A model generated the notes under the pieces. It was given only the letters and a program-made list of their open reading frames with translations. It searched no databases and was not told where the DNA came from. A program made the position numbers and the translations under genes. Shown piece after piece: positions 18,823 through 27,504 of a stretch of DNA of 32,000 nt; within the stretch, counting starts at the first letter, position 1, and each line of letters starts with the position of its first letter. The stretch lies in contig CP104013.1 of assembly GCA_025839675.1 (NCBI GenBank), positions 2,670,001-2,702,000 of the forward strand. Direction: 5' to 3'. This stretch comes from Candidatus Lokiarchaeum ossiferum. Its GTDB lineage: Archaea; Asgardarchaeota; Lokiarchaeia; Sigyniarchaeales; Promethearchaeaceae.

Positions 18823-19992
18823 TTATAATAATGGCTCAAAGATCTGAATTAAGGCGCGAATATTCTTTTCTACAGAAAGGTTCAGAGATTTTTGATATGC
18901 ATTATTGCTACACTCACTTAGAAGTTTTGGATCACTCAGAAATTTGGTAAGAACAGTAGCACTTTGTTCGGGCTTATTTAAATTCAACTTTAAACAACTT
19001 TCTTTATGTATCAGTAGATCTCCTGCACCAATTCTAGGAGTATCATCTAACACAACTAAACATCTGCACAAAGCAGCCTCCATAATGGTCAATCCAAATG
19101 GTTCATAGCTACTGGGATGTAGATAAACATCGGATTGATTCAAAGCAACAATTAATTCTTGTGGATTTTTTCTTCCTTGAAAAGTTATGTTAAAATCAAG
19201 GTTATAATCTGATACATATCGACGAAGTTTCGAAGCATATTCCAAATCAACTGGTTCCCCATAAATATTGAGATGAAAAGAAAATGTAAAAAAGCGACAA
19301 AGATTAATTACTCGCTCTACTTCTTTTTCTGGGGATAGACGACATATAACAATGAATTCAACCTTTTTTTGTCTAGAATTCGCTAAGGACAGAATTTTGC
19401 GGGATCGAGGATGAACAGTTGCATTTTCAATAAAATTTGGGAGAATTGGAGGATATACTACTTGGGTTGGGACTTTGAAATGCGATGAAGCCCAATACGC
19501 AGCATCTTTACTCAAGAAAATACAAACTGTCGCCATCTGGGCTATTTTTTTTTCAAATTCATATATTATTTGAAAATCTTGGTCACTATCAAAAAATTCA
19601 GGGGCTCGAGAAAAGCAGCGGAAAAATTGATATATCAGAGGTATATTAGTAATCCAATTCAATTTTTGCAATGCTTCAGAACAGTGCCAATCTACAACAA
19701 GAATACAATCGGGATCAAAATTATTGATTGTGGATTGATTCGCCAAAATGCCCATACAATACGAATGATAATCTGAGGAAAATCCTAAATTTTTCTGAGA
19801 GTGGACTGGAATAGCTACAATTGAAAGTTTTTCGGAAAAAATCGGCAATTTTTTAGTGGCTTGTTCTTGAGCACACACCACCAGAAGTTCATGTCCTTGT
19901 TTGATCAATTCAAAAACTTGTAATCGGGACACGGTGCCATTTCCAGAGAATATAGGCTCTAAAAATTCAAAAGTAAAATAAATAATGCGCAT
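18823..19992 (-). CDS. GT4-family (GT-B) glycosyltransferase
   Basis: E-x7-E region YLHPSSYEPFGLTIMEAALCRCLVV and N-terminal MRIIYFTFEFLEPIFSGNG. The track ORF starts at a TTG (20016); the ATG at 19992 is preferred. Confidence 0.85.
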   Translation of the reverse strand: MRIIYFTFEFLEPIFSGNGTVSRLQVFELIKQGHELLVVCAQEQATKKLPIFSEKLSIVAIPVHSQKNLGFSSDYHSYCMGILANQSTINNFDPDCILVVDWHCSEALQKLNWITNIPLIYQFFRCFSRAPEFFDSDQDFQIIYEFEKKIAQMATVCIFLSKDAAYWASSHFKVPTQVVYPPILPNFIENATVHPRSRKILSLANSRQKKVEFIVICRLSPEKEVERVINLCRFFTFSFHLNIYGEPVDLEYASKLRRYVSDYNLDFNITFQGRKNPQELIVALNQSDVYLHPSSYEPFGLTIMEAALCRCLVVLDDTPRIGAGDLLIHKESCLKLNLNKPEQSATVLTKFLSDPKLLSECSNNAYQKSLNLSVEKNIRALIQIFEPLL

Positions 19993-20005
19993 GCTAATCG
20001 AGATC

Positions 20006-21136
20006 TTATTCTTCAAAAAGTTTCTTCTGAGATCTGAAAATTAAATATTCCAATTTAATTTCGTCATTTTGACCTTTGATTTGGCCTTGATCATCGAACC
20101 AGTCGGGATGTTTTTGAATTTCTTCAGCAATATCGTTTAATAAAAATTGCTCATCCCCTTTTAAAAATCCCAACGAAGTATCTAACGCCGGAGAAAAATT
20201 ATCAATATTCATGATCAAGAGATATCTTTGCCCAGACATCTCAAAGTTATTAAAAATAATGAAATCGTATCCTTTTTGTTTTGGTTTTCTGCATTTTATG
20301 TTTTGTAAAGTCAATTTTTGTTGTTCCACAAAACTTTTTAATACACTATAGGTCATACCTTCCAAACTTTGAGCTGTTTGATCTTCTTCTGTCCCCCAAC
20401 GTTCATATTCCCCATTAAGTGATGAATAGATTGGAGTGATTGGCATTCCATAGGAATTTACTAATTGAATTTCAAAGAATCGCATGATTTTTTCCCATTC
20501 AATTGAGGGATCATAGATCGAATCGGAACCAACATCAATAAATTTTGATGAAAAAGAAGGTGAAATTCCGGCTTTGAAAGAATCTGCTACAGATTTAAAT
20601 GCAGTTTGTAAATTTTCTTTAGTGCGCTTGGTCTCTAGTTGGTAATGTCTTTTCTTATCCTTTAAATAGTTCTGATAAAACGTAGCGATTTGTACATCAA
20701 CCCAATTTAGGTAAAATTCTGCCCCAGAGACATCTGAAAATTGCCCTTTCGACATCCGTTTAAAAAATTCCGCAAATATATGATGGGCATTCTTAACTGA
20801 GGCCGGCCAATCATATGGGTTAGTTTCCTGATATTCTGATACAGCTAAAATCCCAAAAAATCCTCCATGGATGAACTCCTTTTCAACATAATAATAGGAA
20901 TAGAGAGAACTATCAGGTAATCCTAGTTTAATCCGAATGATGTCTCGATTAGGAAAGGCAGAAATATAGTTTAAGAAAATATCTTCATGATCTTCGATAA
21001 TCTTCTCTTTAAATTGCCCATTTTCATATCTCCGATGAAACATGATATCTTGGTCCCCTTCAAGCGAACGAGCAAAAATTAAATCCCAAACGAGCATAAA
21101 TAAAATCCTTCCTTTTATATCATTAATTAATTCCAT
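20006..21136 (-). CDS. Hypothetical protein (376 aa), no recognised motif
   Basis: Long ATG-initiated ORF. Its stop lies 13 nt upstream of the GT4 ATG, so it is co-oriented and probably co-transcribed. No catalytic or binding motif recognised by eye. Confidence 0.7.
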   Translation of the reverse strand: MELINDIKGRILFMLVWDLIFARSLEGDQDIMFHRRYENGQFKEKIIEDHEDIFLNYISAFPNRDIIRIKLGLPDSSLYSYYYVEKEFIHGGFFGILAVSEYQETNPYDWPASVKNAHHIFAEFFKRMSKGQFSDVSGAEFYLNWVDVQIATFYQNYLKDKKRHYQLETKRTKENLQTAFKSVADSFKAGISPSFSSKFIDVGSDSIYDPSIEWEKIMRFFEIQLVNSYGMPITPIYSSLNGEYERWGTEEDQTAQSLEGMTYSVLKSFVEQQKLTLQNIKCRKPKQKGYDFIIFNNFEMSGQRYLLIMNIDNFSPALDTSLGFLKGDEQFLLNDIAEEIQKHPDWFDDQGQIKGQNDEIKLEYLIFRSQKKLFEE

Positions 21137-21221
21137 TTGTTTTATTTGGGTTGTATTGGAAATTTTTCACAAAAATTTTCTATTTCCTAAATTTGATATT
21201 TAATGAAAAATTCTTCATCCT

Positions 21222-21584
21222 ATGCAGAACTCTCCAAATTTATCACCTCAACAACAACAAGAAGTAGTGAGATTACAACAACTTCAACAGAGTTTAGAAA
21301 TGATTATGCAACAAAAAGCAACGATGGATGCTCAAGCAAAAGAAATGGACTTTGCAGTTGGCGAACTTGAAGCAGCTCCTGAGGATGCAGTTGCTTATAA
21401 ATCAGTTGGTGGGATATTCATTAAAAAAGATCGAACTGAACTTTTAACTTCAACCAAAGATCGAAAAGAAACATTGGAAATGCGCGTTAAATCATTGAGT
21501 AAGCAAGAAGACAACATTAAATCTCAATTTGAATCCCAACGCAAAAAAGTGCAAGAAATGTTTAAAGCAGCAGGGATTCAATAA
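21222..21584 (+). CDS. pfdB: Prefoldin beta subunit
   Basis: 120 aa with two heptad-rich helices flanking a central beta-hairpin region (AYKSVGGIFIKKDRTELL). Q-rich N-terminal coiled coil typical of archaeal PfdB. Confidence 0.85.
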   Translation: MQNSPNLSPQQQQEVVRLQQLQQSLEMIMQQKATMDAQAKEMDFAVGELEAAPEDAVAYKSVGGIFIKKDRTELLTSTKDRKETLEMRVKSLSKQEDNIKSQFESQRKKVQEMFKAAGIQ

Positions 21585-21614
21585 AATTTATTATTCACTT
21601 TTTTGGAGTTTTTT

Positions 21615-22700
21615 ATGTTGAAACTAGTTGAAGTTCAAGAATCAATTAAGCAATTTCTACCCATGTTTCTTTTGGAAGTGAAACAAGCCACTTCCATAGG
21701 GATTACTGCCCATACAAATGCGGATCCCGACGCATTAGCTGCTGCAATGGGGTTGAAAAGTTTTCTTATCCACATGTTTCCAAGCAAAGAAGTAAAAATA
21801 ATTTTACCACAATTAAACAAAATTGCAGAAAAGGTTTATAAAGAAGTATTTCCCGAAATTCCAACTTTTTTAATTGAAAGAAACTGGCCACCCGCTTTAG
21901 ATTTACTCATTTTGGTTGATACAGGAGATTTAAATATTACTGAACTACCTCCAAAGTTTATACAAGATACAAAGGGAAATTTAGTAAAACGAATTATTAT
22001 CATTGATCATCACACTCGACTGGAGAACTTGGATGACCGTGTTATTTGCAGTTTGATTTTGGGAGATCTTTCTTCCACTGCAGAAATAATATCGCTCTTC
22101 TACCAACTTCAAAACATAATTCCCACTCCAGAAATAATCAAAATCCTACTCTTAGGAATTATTACTGATACAGGCCATTTTAGATATGCTAATACAGTAT
22201 CATTAGAAAATACTAAGTATTTATTGGAAGAAGGGGACATTCAACTTTCGGATGTGACATTACATCTGCAAAAACCGATGACACGTTCCGAAAAAATCGC
22301 TCGGATCCGGGGAGCGATGAGAGTTGAAAAGTTGCATTTGATCAAAGATTATGTGATTGCTTTCAGTCACGTTTCAAGTTATGAAGCGAGTGCATGCAAA
22401 GCTTTAATTGAGCTGGGATATGATGTTAGTTTTGTAATTTCTTATGAAAAGAACAAGAATGGTTTTCGCATTTCATCTCGGGCTAAAGAGCAGATTATTA
22501 AACATGAAGGTCTTCATTTAGGGAAATTACTGACAGAAATAGGTTCAGAATTTAATGGTTCAGGAGGGGGACATGATGGGGCCGCAGGATGTTATGGAAT
22601 TTTGGCCAAAGAAGCATCCAAAAATAAACCAAAAACCTTCATGGATCAAATTATACCCCCCGTTTTAAAGAAATTGCGAAAAATTATTAATAATCCATAA
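21615..22700 (+). CDS. DHH/DHHA1-family phosphoesterase (NrnA/RecJ-like)
   Basis: Motifs HTNADPDALAAA, LVDTGD, IIIDHH and DHHA1 GGGHDGAAG. The track start (21603) is a TTG; ATG at 21615 is used. Confidence 0.85.
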   Translation: MLKLVEVQESIKQFLPMFLLEVKQATSIGITAHTNADPDALAAAMGLKSFLIHMFPSKEVKIILPQLNKIAEKVYKEVFPEIPTFLIERNWPPALDLLILVDTGDLNITELPPKFIQDTKGNLVKRIIIIDHHTRLENLDDRVICSLILGDLSSTAEIISLFYQLQNIIPTPEIIKILLLGIITDTGHFRYANTVSLENTKYLLEEGDIQLSDVTLHLQKPMTRSEKIARIRGAMRVEKLHLIKDYVIAFSHVSSYEASACKALIELGYDVSFVISYEKNKNGFRISSRAKEQIIKHEGLHLGKLLTEIGSEFNGSGGGHDGAAGCYGILAKEASKNKPKTFMDQIIPPVLKKLRKIINNP

Positions 22701-22715
22701 AAAGATACTCTTTTT
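22699..22715. terminator. Short perfect hairpin between convergent genes
   Basis: aaaaaga-tac-tcttttt (7-bp stem, 3-nt loop) spans the stop codons of the DHH gene (+) and the 7-TM gene (-). It is an AT-only stem and therefore weak. Confidence 0.25.
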
Positions 22716-23604
22716 AATCGTCGTCTTCAAGATCAGCAGCATAGAATTCCTGATAGCAATCAGGACACAATCCATGTGAAAATAATAATTCTGAATTCTT
22801 TAAAAAAAACGACTCAATTGGAAGCCATTCATCTTCCCCATCTCGGATTTGTTTGCAATGGGAACAAATAGGAAGTGTGTTTCCAATATTTTTTAGCTTA
22901 GCAGCTGTTTCTGATTGAATTAAGGAGTTGATCAATTTTGGTTCAAGATAAAAAGAGAAACTCACTAAAAAAGCCCCTGTTGCTAAGGTTACAAGCATTA
23001 ATCCAGGGATAGTTTTTGTTAGACGCGTTAAATACAAAATAAAAGCGAAAATACTAAAAAAAAACCCCCCAATTAATGTTATCGATGCTTTTTTTTTCAA
23101 ATTAGACGGAGATCGATAAAAAATTAGCAAACAATAATAGAAAAAGAGCATTGCAATTAATCCCGTAAAAATTGTCAGCCAAATATGAAAAGATCCGTTT
23201 GTTTGAAAACTTTCTGCCCCGGTTTTAAGAATGATGCTAATTGCGGCGTCTTCCTCAAAAGAACTTATCACAATTCCGGCCGTAAAAATACCAAAAACTA
23301 ACATTTTGATCGGATCTAATGAAGACCGAGTCAATTTATCAAATACAGAAACAAGAAAGAAAGAACTAATGATTAAGATAAAAATTTCAAAAATAAAAAG
23401 AGTTTTAGAAAGAATTAGCAAAGCAAACCCACCACCTACGATGTAGAAGAAAAGGGAAATCCATGAAAACATTAAAAATTTGTTAAAATCAGATTCAATC
23501 CGTTTATATTCGCGATACATTATAAAAGCACTCAATAAAGCAATCAGACTTGCCAAAAAATACATAATTACTTCAATATTCCAATTGAGTGAAAGTAAAA
23601 CCAT
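22714..23604 (-). CDS. 7-TM membrane protein with a C-terminal cytoplasmic four-Cys (CxxC...CPxC) module
   Basis: Seven ~20-aa hydrophobic segments by eye. The last 53 aa are LPICSHCKQIRDGEDEWLPIESFFLKNSELLFSHGLCPDCYQEFY + an acidic tail. The track start (23658) is a TTG; the first ATG is at 23604 (MVLLSLNWNIEV). Confidence 0.75.
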   Translation of the reverse strand: MVLLSLNWNIEVIMYFLASLIALLSAFIMYREYKRIESDFNKFLMFSWISLFFYIVGGGFALLILSKTLFIFEIFILIISSFFLVSVFDKLTRSSLDPIKMLVFGIFTAGIVISSFEEDAAISIILKTGAESFQTNGSFHIWLTIFTGLIAMLFFYYCLLIFYRSPSNLKKKASITLIGGFFFSIFAFILYLTRLTKTIPGLMLVTLATGAFLVSFSFYLEPKLINSLIQSETAAKLKNIGNTLPICSHCKQIRDGEDEWLPIESFFLKNSELLFSHGLCPDCYQEFYAADLEDDD

Positions 23605-23736
23605 AGCATCTAATCCTTTGCAACGAGCAATTTTTGTAAAATAATATTTATTGCTCAATTAAGTGATTATTCTTAATTAATCTAGTTACTAAATAATTCT
23701 TTTTTATTCTAACATTTGGGGAAATGGGAGATTTTT

Positions 23737-24912
23737 TCAAACATCCCACTTGCGAGTTTCGTCACCTTGAATTTTTTGAGTTGCGGAAGCATCTCCTCGA
23801 ATAGTTAATTGATTAATATCATCCGCTTGATTTAATAACAAATTGTACTGCTTCATCAAGCTATGATTTAATCGAAATTGCGTTGGATCATCAGAAAATT
23901 TAAGTTTTAGTTCTTTCTTTAACGTAAAAACAGAATCTCCCAGTTGTAAATTGAAATCCAAGATCGAGATCGGAGCAGTTGCGGATATCGCAGCAGGGTT
24001 AAAAAAATAATCAAGTTTTAGCATGAACTCATAAATTTCACCCGCTTCAAAGGGACGGAGCCATGCTTTCCAATTTTGACCAATTTTTTCAAAAGGAAAG
24101 CGAATCGTAGTAGGTTTGTGTTGAATTGCTTCATACATCTTACATGAACCGACTGTAGGAGTCATTAACAGAATGGGATTTGGATGAAGAATTTGCGTGG
24201 CTTGTTGAGTTAATATTTGGGATTTTGTTTCCAATTCAACCGCATCTTCAGCAAAAACAAATTTTCCTGTTGATTGAAGTGCAAAGTTATACATTAAGAG
24301 AACATTATGATCATTTCCAATACCAATGGAATCAATAGAGGCACCATATTCCTTTGCCATGTGAGCATATTCCATATAACGTTGAAACCGATTTTCATGA
24401 ATATCCTCAGAAGAACAACCCCAATCCGGTTGCCCATCACCCAATATTATGATTTTCTTCGTTAAAAGTAGACCATTATACAGTCTCAGTCGCTTCAATG
24501 CCAGATCAAGTGCATCGCGTAAAGGAGTACTCCCTTGAGGAATCAAATATTGGATAGAATTCAACAAATCTTGGCGAGATATGGCATTAATCTCTTTTTC
24601 ATCAATCACCACTTGAACTGGATCCCCAAATGTGATCAACGTAAAAATCGTGCCATCGGGTAAATTTCGAATTTGTTCCAATAAAGAAGAAATTGCAGCT
24701 TGATATTTATTATCGTCAAACATAGAATTTGATAAATCCAATAACCAGATCCCAAAAAAAGGTAGTCGAATTGTTTCTTTATTCGGAATTACCTTCAAAT
24801 TGATTGCGAGAGAAAGATGATCACTGCGAGGAGAACATGTAATAGATTGTAAGATATCAAGATGGGGAATATTGGAATTCATAGCAAGCACACGAAATCT
24901 GACTAATTTCAT
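23737..24912 (-). CDS. von Willebrand factor A (vWA) domain protein with an uncharacterised C-terminal half
   Basis: Intact MIDAS: LLDLSNSM (DxSxS), QGSTPL (Thr), ILGDGQPD (Asp). About 180 C-terminal aa are beta-rich with no motif recognised. Alternative ATG at 24882. Confidence 0.8.
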   Translation of the reverse strand: MKLVRFRVLAMNSNIPHLDILQSITCSPRSDHLSLAINLKVIPNKETIRLPFFGIWLLDLSNSMFDDNKYQAAISSLLEQIRNLPDGTIFTLITFGDPVQVVIDEKEINAISRQDLLNSIQYLIPQGSTPLRDALDLALKRLRLYNGLLLTKKIIILGDGQPDWGCSSEDIHENRFQRYMEYAHMAKEYGASIDSIGIGNDHNVLLMYNFALQSTGKFVFAEDAVELETKSQILTQQATQILHPNPILLMTPTVGSCKMYEAIQHKPTTIRFPFEKIGQNWKAWLRPFEAGEIYEFMLKLDYFFNPAAISATAPISILDFNLQLGDSVFTLKKELKLKFSDDPTQFRLNHSLMKQYNLLLNQADDINQLTIRGDASATQKIQGDETRKWDV

Positions 24913-24994
24913 CTTAAATTTTGTTTCTTATATGTTTTTATTTTTATGTAAACCTTTTTTTTTCTGTAAACATTTATGCATTTGGTTTCTTCTC
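24913..24994. promoter_or_regulatory. Divergent promoter region between the vWA gene and the ECF ATPase gene
   Basis: 82-bp AT-rich gap between divergent starts, with TATA-like tttttatttttatgtaaa. No experimental support. Confidence 0.3.
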
Positions 24995-26734
24995 ATGAAA
25001 GCACTGTTGGCAGATCAAATGACTTTTATCTACAAAAATGCTGAAACAAAGGCATTAGATAATATTTCCCTTGATATTGCTCCAGGAAAATTCATTTTAC
25101 TGTGTGGTCCAACCGGATCGGGAAAAACTTCTTTTATTAGGGCGATAAATGGGCTGATTCCTCATTTTTATCCGGGAAATTTCTATGGGTATTTTAAAGT
25201 CCTAAACCTTGATACGGTTGAATCGAGTCCTGCCCAACTTTCCACCAAAGTGGGTACAGTTTTCCAAATTCCAGAAAACCAGCTTTTTGCAATGGATGTG
25301 GAAAGGGAATTGGCTTTCGCATTGGAAAATCTAAATTTCAGCCGTGAAGAGATATCCAAGCGAATTGAAGCAGCAATTGAATTGACCAAGATCTCTCATT
25401 TGCGTCATAAAGCTCCTTATGAATTAAGTGGTGGAGAGCAACAAAAAATTGCCATCGCATCCCTCTTGGCTCTGAATCCAGATATCTTGGTTTTAGATGA
25501 ACCTTTGGCAAACTTGGATCCTTTTACAGCGAATCAAACCATAGCCCTTCTCAAAAATTTGCAACGACAAGAGCATAAAACCATCATTATTTCAGAACAT
25601 CGAATTGAATATGCACTCCCCTATGTGGATGAAATAATCATTGTCAAAGATGGAAAGCTTGTTAATCGAGGTACTACCCAACAGGTGTTAGATGATGACC
25701 GAATATATTCATTGGGACTCGATTTGCCTCCGTTGTTAACTTGGTTCAAACACTTAATAAATACGGGACAAATTCAAGGATCTGTCCCCTTTCAATTTAA
25801 AACACAAATAATACGAATAGAAGAATTTCTTAGTTCGAATCCTAGCGTATTAAAAAAACTGGCAAATAACAGCATGAATTTGAGCAGAGAAATTCACGAT
25901 ATCACATCCAAAATTCCTGAAATAATCTTTGACAATGTTTCCTTTGCCTATGATCAAAGCTCTGATCAAAAACCTGCCTTATCAAACTTATCCTTTTCTG
26001 TTATACCCGGCGAAATTCTTGGTGTTTTAGGGCCGAATGGAGCAGGAAAAAGCACAATGATTCGATGTATCAACGGTTTAATTAAGCCTGATTCTGGAAG
26101 TATATGGGTGAAGGGGCGTAATATAATTGATGTGCCTGTATATGATGTAGCACAAGAAGTTGGTGTGATGTTTCAAAATCCCGATCACCAATTGTTTTCT
26201 TCCACCGTTGAAGATGAACTCAAATTTTCCCTTAAAAATCTTAAATTGTCAAAAGAAACGAAGGCTAACCGGATTGAAAACTATTTAGATAAACTTGGAT
26301 TACTTCCTCTGCGAGATTTGTCACCTTTCAATATTTCAGGCGGTCAAAAAAAAAAAGTATCCTTAGCCTCTGTATTATGTCGTGAAACAGAAATTCTGGT
26401 GTTTGATGAACCCACTGTAGGCCAAGATGCGCAGCAAAAGAAAAAATTACACGAAATAATAAATATTGCTCATCAGAAAGGTCGGACGGTTCTTTTAATA
26501 TCCCATGATTTAGATTTCATTGCCCAAATTGCGACGAGAGTATTGGTTATGTCCCAAGGGACAATATTTTCAGAAGGAACCCCTAACAAAATTTTAACCA
26601 ATCAAAAAATTCTGGATCACTGTCGCTTGGGCAATCTTCCAATCACAACTGTTGCTGCAGCTTTGCATCAGAAATATCCCGTATTTCCTAGAGATTTGAC
26701 CACTCTGTTTGAATTGCAGGAGGCGTTTAAATAG
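24995..26734 (+). CDS. ECF-transporter fused duplicated ATPase (EcfA1-EcfA2/CbiO-like)
   Basis: Two ABC cassettes. Walker A: GPTGSGKTS and GPNGAGKST. Signature: LSGGEQQK and ISGGQKKK. Walker B: ILVLDEP and ILVFDEP. The 5' 41 codons of the track ORF overlap the vWA gene; ATG at 24995 (MKALLADQMTF) is chosen. Confidence 0.9.
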   Translation: MKALLADQMTFIYKNAETKALDNISLDIAPGKFILLCGPTGSGKTSFIRAINGLIPHFYPGNFYGYFKVLNLDTVESSPAQLSTKVGTVFQIPENQLFAMDVERELAFALENLNFSREEISKRIEAAIELTKISHLRHKAPYELSGGEQQKIAIASLLALNPDILVLDEPLANLDPFTANQTIALLKNLQRQEHKTIIISEHRIEYALPYVDEIIIVKDGKLVNRGTTQQVLDDDRIYSLGLDLPPLLTWFKHLINTGQIQGSVPFQFKTQIIRIEEFLSSNPSVLKKLANNSMNLSREIHDITSKIPEIIFDNVSFAYDQSSDQKPALSNLSFSVIPGEILGVLGPNGAGKSTMIRCINGLIKPDSGSIWVKGRNIIDVPVYDVAQEVGVMFQNPDHQLFSSTVEDELKFSLKNLKLSKETKANRIENYLDKLGLLPLRDLSPFNISGGQKKKVSLASVLCRETEILVFDEPTVGQDAQQKKKLHEIINIAHQKGRTVLLISHDLDFIAQIATRVLVMSQGTIFSEGTPNKILTNQKILDHCRLGNLPITTVAAALHQKYPVFPRDLTTLFELQEAFK

Positions 26735-27499
26735 ATGTCCATGGAATTCGCAAAAGTATTTAATTTTCTCCGAGGAACCACCCTAATTCATCAGATCGAT
26801 CCTCGTGCTAAAGGAATGATGATCCTATCCTATTCAGTTTTGGCGTTCGTTCTTAATGATTTTTGGTTGTTAATGGGATTATTCCTTCTCGCCCTCCCTC
26901 TGCTATTTATTGCCAAAATAGCCCCCCAATTCTTTCAAGGAATGAAAGGGTTATCAGTTTTGCTCTTTATTATTTTAATTATAAATACTTACGCAATTTC
27001 ATTTTACTCCGCTTTAACAGTCATCATGCGAATTCTCATCTTGATGATCGTATTTTCAACCTACTTTCAAACCACAATTCCAGAGGATATTACTCAAAGT
27101 TTAATAAAAGTAAAAGTTCCATATTCTATCGCCTATGCTTTATCGCTATCCTTTCGATTTGTGCCCACCATGGCAAAAGAAACAGAAATCATCTCCGAAG
27201 CTCAACTTTCACGGGGGCACAAACTAGAAGTAGGAGGGATGATCAATCAAATAAAAAATTTATTTCCCCTATTAATTCCCCTCCTAATGAGTTCTATCCG
27301 CAGAGCCTTTCATGTTGCAGAAGCTTTGGAAACTCGTGCATTTGGTGTGAAAAAGCATCCAAACTATTACTTCCCTTTAAAATTTAAGAAAATGGATTGG
27401 TGGGTAACTATATTTTATGTTGTTTTCTTAGCTGGTGTGATAGTGCTGTGGTCCACAGAATCTTTGAAAATTCCATCTTGGTTATTATTTTCTTTGTAA
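26735..27499 (+). CDS. ecfT: ECF-transporter transmembrane T component (EcfT/CbiQ family)
   Basis: Multi-TM 254-aa protein with coupling-helix motifs SEAQLSRGH and EALETRAFG. The ATG directly follows the ATPase stop, with GGAGG upstream (26719-26723). Confidence 0.85.
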   Translation: MSMEFAKVFNFLRGTTLIHQIDPRAKGMMILSYSVLAFVLNDFWLLMGLFLLALPLLFIAKIAPQFFQGMKGLSVLLFIILIINTYAISFYSALTVIMRILILMIVFSTYFQTTIPEDITQSLIKVKVPYSIAYALSLSFRFVPTMAKETEIISEAQLSRGHKLEVGGMINQIKNLFPLLIPLLMSSIRRAFHVAEALETRAFGVKKHPNYYFPLKFKKMDWWVTIFYVVFLAGVIVLWSTESLKIPSWLLFSL

Positions 27500-27504
27500 T
27501 AGGA

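Noticed and set aside
23737-24912. Idea that the vWA protein is a Sec23/24 trunk-domain or Ku-like homologue
   Set aside because: The MIDAS motif is fully intact and the sequence follows the generic prokaryotic vWA consensus. No zinc-finger, helical or gelsolin-like regions are evident.
26346-26355. A10 homopolymer inside the second ABC signature motif (SGGQKKK) of the ECF ATPase, a possible slippage or phase-variation site
   Set aside because: The reading frame is intact and encodes a plausible signature-motif context. Long A/T runs are common throughout this AT-rich window.
26863-27387. 174-aa ORF in another frame inside ecfT
   Set aside because: It lies entirely within the EcfT coding region, which has family motifs and TM periodicity. 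The alternative frame is S/R/N-rich with no features.
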